This document shows positions 59,965 through 64,000 of a stretch of DNA of 64,000 nucleotides, piece after piece. The notes under the pieces were generated by a model that ran no database searches, was not told the DNA's origin, and saw only the letters and a program-made list of their open reading frames with translations. A program made the position numbers and the translations under genes. Positions within the stretch are counted from its first letter, which is position 1; the number at the start of each line of letters is the position of its first letter. The DNA comes from Obrimoposthia wandeli (lineage: Eukaryota), in contig CDROCS010005899.1 of the NCBI GenBank assembly GCA_977020255.1, positions 1 through 64,000 of the forward strand, given 5' to 3'.

Positions 59965-61158
59965 TTACTTGTTTTCGTTTTGAGAGAACAAGCTACCAGC
60001 GGCTGGAGCCATTGGCTTAACTTCAGCGGCTACTGGAGCAGCTGATGCTGGCTTAGCTTCTGCAGCAGAGTGGATTGCACCTGCAAGAGACTGAGTTGGC
60101 TTAGTTGTTGTAGTAACTGGCTTAGGCGCCGCTACTGGAGCTGGCTTAGCAACAGGTGCTTTTTTAGCTACTACTTTCTTAGCGGCTACTTTTTTAGCAG
60201 GCTTAGCAGCAACTTTCTTAGCAGCTACTTTTTTAGCAGGCTTAGCAGCAACTTTCTTAGCGGCTACTTTTTTAGCAGGCTTAGCAGCAACTTTCTTAGC
60301 AGCTACTTTTTTAGCAGGCTTAGCAGCCGCTTTCTTAGCAGCTACTTTTTTAGCAGGCTTAGCAGCCACTTTCTTAGCAGCTACTTTTTTAGCAGGCTTC
60401 TTAGCGGCTTTCTTAGCTTTAGCAGCTTCTTTCTTAGCAGCAGCGATTTCTTTTTTCTTAGCGGCAGCAGCAGCTTTTTTAGCTTTAGCAGCGGCTTTCT
60501 TTGCAGCAAGAGCAGCTTTTTGCTTAGCAGCAGTGGCGGCTTTCTTAGCTTTAGCAGCAGACTTCTTAGCAGCAGCGGCAGCTTTCTTCTTAGCGGCAGC
60601 AGCAGACTTCTTATCAGCAACAGCTTGCTTCTTAGCAGCAGTAGCAGCAGTTTTCTGTTGTTCTTTTTCTACAGCAGCCGTTGCTTTAGCAATTGTTGCA
60701 GCAGCGTCAGCTTCAGTTTTAGCCGTAGTAGCTTCTAACTTAGCAGCAGCGAAAACTTCTTTAGCAGCAGTAGCAGCTTGCTTAGTTGTTTCAACTTTAG
60801 CTTTAGCAGCTTCAAGGGCTTTAACAGTAGCAGCAGATTTCTTAGCTTTAACTTTATCAGCGGCTTTCTTTTTAGCAGCATTTGCTTTGGCTAAAGCAGC
60901 AACGGCTTTAGTTTGTGCAGACTTTGCTTTAGCCAATGCTTTATCAGCATCAGTACTCATTTTCTGGCGCGCTTTTTCCAGGTTTACTTCTAATGCAGCA
61001 ATTTCTTTCTGCAATAATTGAACTGGGCTTAATACCACTTTAAGAGCTGGAGCTTTTTTAGCAGCAACCTTTTTAGCTGGAGCTTTTTTAGCTACGGTTT
61101 TCTTTGCAGCGATTTTTTTTACTGCAGGCTTTTTAATTGTGCTTTTGCGAGCGGCCAT
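59965..61158 (-). CDS. algP: Histone H1-like Lys/Ala/Pro-rich protein (AlgP-like)
   Basis: MAARK start, coiled-coil segment, KPAKKVAAKKVAA repeats; near rsd/algQ as in Pseudomonas. Confidence 0.75.
   Translation of the reverse strand: MAARKSTIKKPAVKKIAAKKTVAKKAPAKKVAAKKAPALKVVLSPVQLLQKEIAALEVNLEKARQKMSTDADKALAKAKSAQTKAVAALAKANAAKKKAADKVKAKKSAATVKALEAAKAKVETTKQAATAAKEVFAAAKLEATTAKTEADAAATIAKATAAVEKEQQKTAATAAKKQAVADKKSAAAAKKKAAAAAKKSAAKAKKAATAAKQKAALAAKKAAAKAKKAAAAAKKKEIAAAKKEAAKAKKAAKKPAKKVAAKKVAAKPAKKVAAKKAAAKPAKKVAAKKVAAKPAKKVAAKKVAAKPAKKVAAKKVAAKPAKKVAAKKVVAKKAPVAKPAPVAAPKPVTTTTKPTQSLAGAIHSAAEAKPASAAPVAAEVKPMAPAAGSLFSQNENK
60166..60399 (-). repeat. 39-bp tandem repeat x6 encoding KPAKKVAAKKVAA
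   Basis: GCAGGCTT recurs every 39 bp, six times. Confidence 0.92.
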
Positions 61159-61274
61159 GGAATTTCCTCGAGGACTGACATAATAGACGTCGTAATTATA
61201 CTTAGAAGCGCATTACTATCCATTTATTTTAGGTGAGAAACAGAATATAAATAACTTTTTTGGCAAATAAATTT

Positions 61275-62018
61275 TTATTTGATCTGTTTTGAGCTAATTT
61301 GCGCTTCAATCCATTCCAACATGGGTTGCCATTCGAGTTTGTCTTTGTTGTCACGCTGTTCGAAATCGGCAAGTCCCAAGCCATGTTCTGACGCTCGAAC
61401 GTAATGTTGAGTATCTCGAAAGGATGTAATGAAGGGAATATTTAAGCTATTTAGGAAACGTTCTAGCTTCTGATAGATGAGTGTATTTTTCTTTACACGG
61501 TTTGCCACGACCGCTATTTCTTTTTTATTGGTGCGATACGCTCGGCTTAATAATACATCTCGAATAAAACCCGTTGCTGCTCGAATATCAATTGCAGATG
61601 GTATTACGGGGATAACAATGAAGTCAGAAGCCTGAATCATGTCGGATAATGTGTGCCCTGATAATCCGGCAGGAGTATCGAAAACGATACGGGAAGTTGT
61701 AGAGGGAACTCGTAAACTGTAGCTGCGTGTCGAGTTGGGTGTTTGATGTTTAAATGCTGCAACACCATTAATTTTTGCAAGATGAGGATCGCGAGCCGAT
61801 AACCAATCCATACTGGATCCTTGGGGATCATAATCAACGATGGCGGTTTCTTCACCCTGAGTAGCAAAATAGCTTGCGAGATTGGTCGCCATGGTTGTTT
61901 TTCCACAACCACCTTTGGCATTGGCGACTAGAACACGAATCGGTTGTATTTGGCTGACAATACGGACACTCGATTGTGCGGGTTTAGCTTCTCTCTCGCT
62001 CACTGTATTCTCATCCAT
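61275..62018 (-). CDS. ParA/MinD-family ATPase (orphan)
   Basis: Deviant Walker A KGGCGKTT, DYDPQGS, DTPAG, VIPSAID; start uncertain (62018 or 62060). Confidence 0.85.
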   Translation of the reverse strand: MDENTVSEREAKPAQSSVRIVSQIQPIRVLVANAKGGCGKTTMATNLASYFATQGEETAIVDYDPQGSSMDWLSARDPHLAKINGVAAFKHQTPNSTRSYSLRVPSTTSRIVFDTPAGLSGHTLSDMIQASDFIVIPVIPSAIDIRAATGFIRDVLLSRAYRTNKKEIAVVANRVKKNTLIYQKLERFLNSLNIPFITSFRDTQHYVRASEHGLGLADFEQRDNKDKLEWQPMLEWIEAQISSKQIK

Positions 62019-62104
62019 AACAATATTAGTTATTTCCTGTGTCTTATTTTTATTAAGCATAGGCTATAATGACCTGAGTTTGTATATCCAAAAAGGAATC
62101 ATGG

Positions 62105-62581
62105 ATGAAGCGTCCTATTTTTATTATGTGTGTATTGGTCGTAATTGCGTTTGCAGGGCCGATGTTGATGAAGAAACCCGATGGTACACCGTTTATAGAA
62201 TCCCCTCTTGATTGGTTTTCAACAAGCTCGACGGGTTCGCAAAATAACGAATCGAGCAGCAGTACAACGCAATCGTTTTATAAATGGCAGGATGATGATG
62301 GCACTTGGCATTATTCTGATCAGCCGCAGGCGGGAAAAAATATTGAGACGGTGACGGTGAATACCAATGCTAATTTGATTCAGGGCTTACGACTGGAGAA
62401 AAAGAAAGAGCAGCCTGTTATAGAGAAAAAACCAGAGCCTAAGGCGGAAAGTCCAGCAATAGGATTGCCGATGACCGTTCCGTTGGAGAAGGTATCGAAA
62501 ATGTTGGACGACGCTAACAATATTCAACAGCTAATGGATAACCGCAGTAAGCAAATTGAACAAGCGACCCGAGGTCGCTAA
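62105..62581 (+). CDS. DUF4124 domain protein with N-terminal membrane anchor
   Basis: FYKWQDDDGTWHYSDQP. Confidence 0.82.
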   Translation: MKRPIFIMCVLVVIAFAGPMLMKKPDGTPFIESPLDWFSTSSTGSQNNESSSSTTQSFYKWQDDDGTWHYSDQPQAGKNIETVTVNTNANLIQGLRLEKKKEQPVIEKKPEPKAESPAIGLPMTVPLEKVSKMLDDANNIQQLMDNRSKQIEQATRGR

Positions 62582-62614
62582 TTCAATTGATATCCGTAAT
62601 GTGGATCGCGTTAT

Positions 62615-63604
62615 TTAATTAAGATAAAAAACGCGTCCATTTGAACCGCTCGCAACATAGCCTTGTTTCGCAAAGGCAACATCTTCGATCAGCACGTTAT
62701 TACTTACCCATTTGTTTCTAGGGACAGCTTGCCAAGTATTTTCTAGTGTGGCTGTTTGTGTTTCCCATAGTTGGATCTTACCAGCACTCGAACCGGTCAA
62801 TAGTTTTGAACCATCGTTACTAAAACGCGCGCTGCTGTAGAAGCCGCTATTGATGGGGAACTCGCTAATAACGGCACCTGTTTTGCTATCCCATAGTCGG
62901 CCTGGCTCACCTAAGGCTGAAGTAAATACAAAACGACCGTCGGCTGATATCTCGGCACTGCGAACTTGGTTGTTATGCTCTAGGCGCTGAATTTGTTTGC
63001 CACTATTAAGATCCCAAATACGCGCACTGGAATCGTCACTGGCACTTGCGGCGAAGGTTCCTTGTTGGTCTATGCTGACATCCAAAACACTGCCATCGTG
63101 GCGAAATGTACGCTTGATTCCACCATTCTTAATATCAAATAAGGTGGCGGTATAATCGGCCATGGCTAATAAAGCATATTGTCCATTGCTGCTGAGGCTG
63201 ATGTCGTGAATATCTCCTGGGGCATTCCACAACCAAATTGCTTCGCCTGTTTTACTATTCCATAACGCGATGGTTCGGTTGTCGGTGGTTGCGACAAAAT
63301 TTCCTTCTGGAGAGAAATCACAACTCACAATGCTGCTGTTTTCCCCAGCTTGATGATTCCAATTATAAAGACGGTCAAATGGCTGTATGCGCCATAGGCT
63401 GCCGCCATGATGAATCGAGCCTGCAAAAGCAAAGCTGCCATCTTGATTGAGGCAAAGAGAGTGAGTACCTTGGCTCGCGAGTTCATCAAAACGCTCGGGT
63501 TGTTTACCGATACCGCAGGCGCTTAGAAACAAACTGGAAAGTAGTACTGGGAACAGTATTAATGAGGAGGGTAATTTGGGTATTGCAGCTGACTTCATAG
63601 TCAT
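62615..63604 (-). CDS. WD40-repeat lipoprotein
   Basis: LSAC lipobox, repeated ...W(D/N) units (IALWN, ARIWD, GRLWD, IQLWE). Confidence 0.85.
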   Translation of the reverse strand: MTMKSAAIPKLPSSLILFPVLLSSLFLSACGIGKQPERFDELASQGTHSLCLNQDGSFAFAGSIHHGGSLWRIQPFDRLYNWNHQAGENSSIVSCDFSPEGNFVATTDNRTIALWNSKTGEAIWLWNAPGDIHDISLSSNGQYALLAMADYTATLFDIKNGGIKRTFRHDGSVLDVSIDQQGTFAASASDDSSARIWDLNSGKQIQRLEHNNQVRSAEISADGRFVFTSALGEPGRLWDSKTGAVISEFPINSGFYSSARFSNDGSKLLTGSSAGKIQLWETQTATLENTWQAVPRNKWVSNNVLIEDVAFAKQGYVASGSNGRVFYLN

Positions 63605-63687
63605 CCCTGAGGATAGGTCGAATATAAAGTCAGTTTAGTTCATATTTAGCCAGTGGCTAATATGAGTGTGTTTGAAGTCGAAGAGTA

Positions 63688-64000
63688 TTAGCTAGCAACC
63701 AGTTCACGGTGTACGTTGTGCAGTTTCTCGATCAGTTGATCTTCTACTTCGAAGCGTTCGCTGAGCATCTCGCCTAAGTCAGAAAGATCTTTTGTTAAGT
63801 CGGCTATTTGTTCAATACAGTGTTCGGCGTTATCGTACTTATCATTGAAATCTACACATTGCTGCGTCATTTCTTCTAGAACTGGATACGCGCGTTTGGC
63901 AAGTTCGGTGCCACCGTCTTCGTATTGTTTCGCTTCATCTAACAACTGTTGATAAATTTCGAAATGACCAGCCGAGCAGTAATCCATGAGTATCTGGCAG
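63688..64000 (-). CDS. rsd: Anti-sigma70 Rsd/AlgQ (5' end beyond window)
   Basis: CQILMDYCSAGHFEIYQQL, LSERFEVEDQLI. Confidence 0.9.
   Translation of the reverse strand, partial: CQILMDYCSAGHFEIYQQLLDEAKQYEDGGTELAKRAYPVLEEMTQQCVDFNDKYDNAEHCIEQIADLTKDLSDLGEMLSERFEVEDQLIEKLHNVHRELVAS

Noticed and set aside
60166-60399. CRISPR-like 39-bp periodicity
   Set aside because: In-frame coding repeat without unique spacers
60070-61021. Long plus-strand ORFs (222 aa Ser/Phe-rich, 162 aa Ala-rich) and a 79-aa alternate-frame ORF
   Set aside because: Shadows of the low-complexity algP repeats; no SD and no independent features

Overview
Chromosomal window from a marine gammaproteobacterium; gene content and Pseudomonas-like synteny suggest Oceanospirillales (Oleispira-like, inference). 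About 1-28.6 kb and 60-64 kb are conserved backbone: glnK-amtB, sutA, lptM-lysA-dapF-DUF484-HAD, class I cyaA, argH, algZ/fimS-algR, hemCDXY, fre-ubiD, DUF423-trmB, hemW, yheS-like ABC-F, TIGR02444, algP-like histone, ParA-like, WD40 lipoprotein and a partial rsd/algQ. A small decayed insert sits at 22.8-24.9 kb. A ~31 kb accessory block (28.6-59.8 kb) lies between TIGR02444 and algP. It holds a toxin-first HigBA-like TA with an apparently leaderless promoter, a lipase-foldase-AraC unit with a PsrA-like operator, c-di-GMP genes, a symporter/binding-protein fusion, an OsmC-YcaO fusion, several eroded pseudogenes and a degenerate attC-like array next to a tyrosine-recombinase remnant. The strongest candidate for an undescribed system is at 51.3-59.8 kb: a lipoprotein CotH-family ecto-kinase with two lamin-tail domains, a VTC polyphosphate-polymerase domain protein, DUF4956, an OprO/P-family porin, a BaeSR-like two-component pair and two downstream genes. 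Three of its promoter regions share an 11-bp-period direct repeat. An unannotated 38-aa membrane peptide with CsrA-type leader sites was also found. No rRNA, tRNA or CRISPR array was seen. All family assignments come from motif recognition, not database searches.
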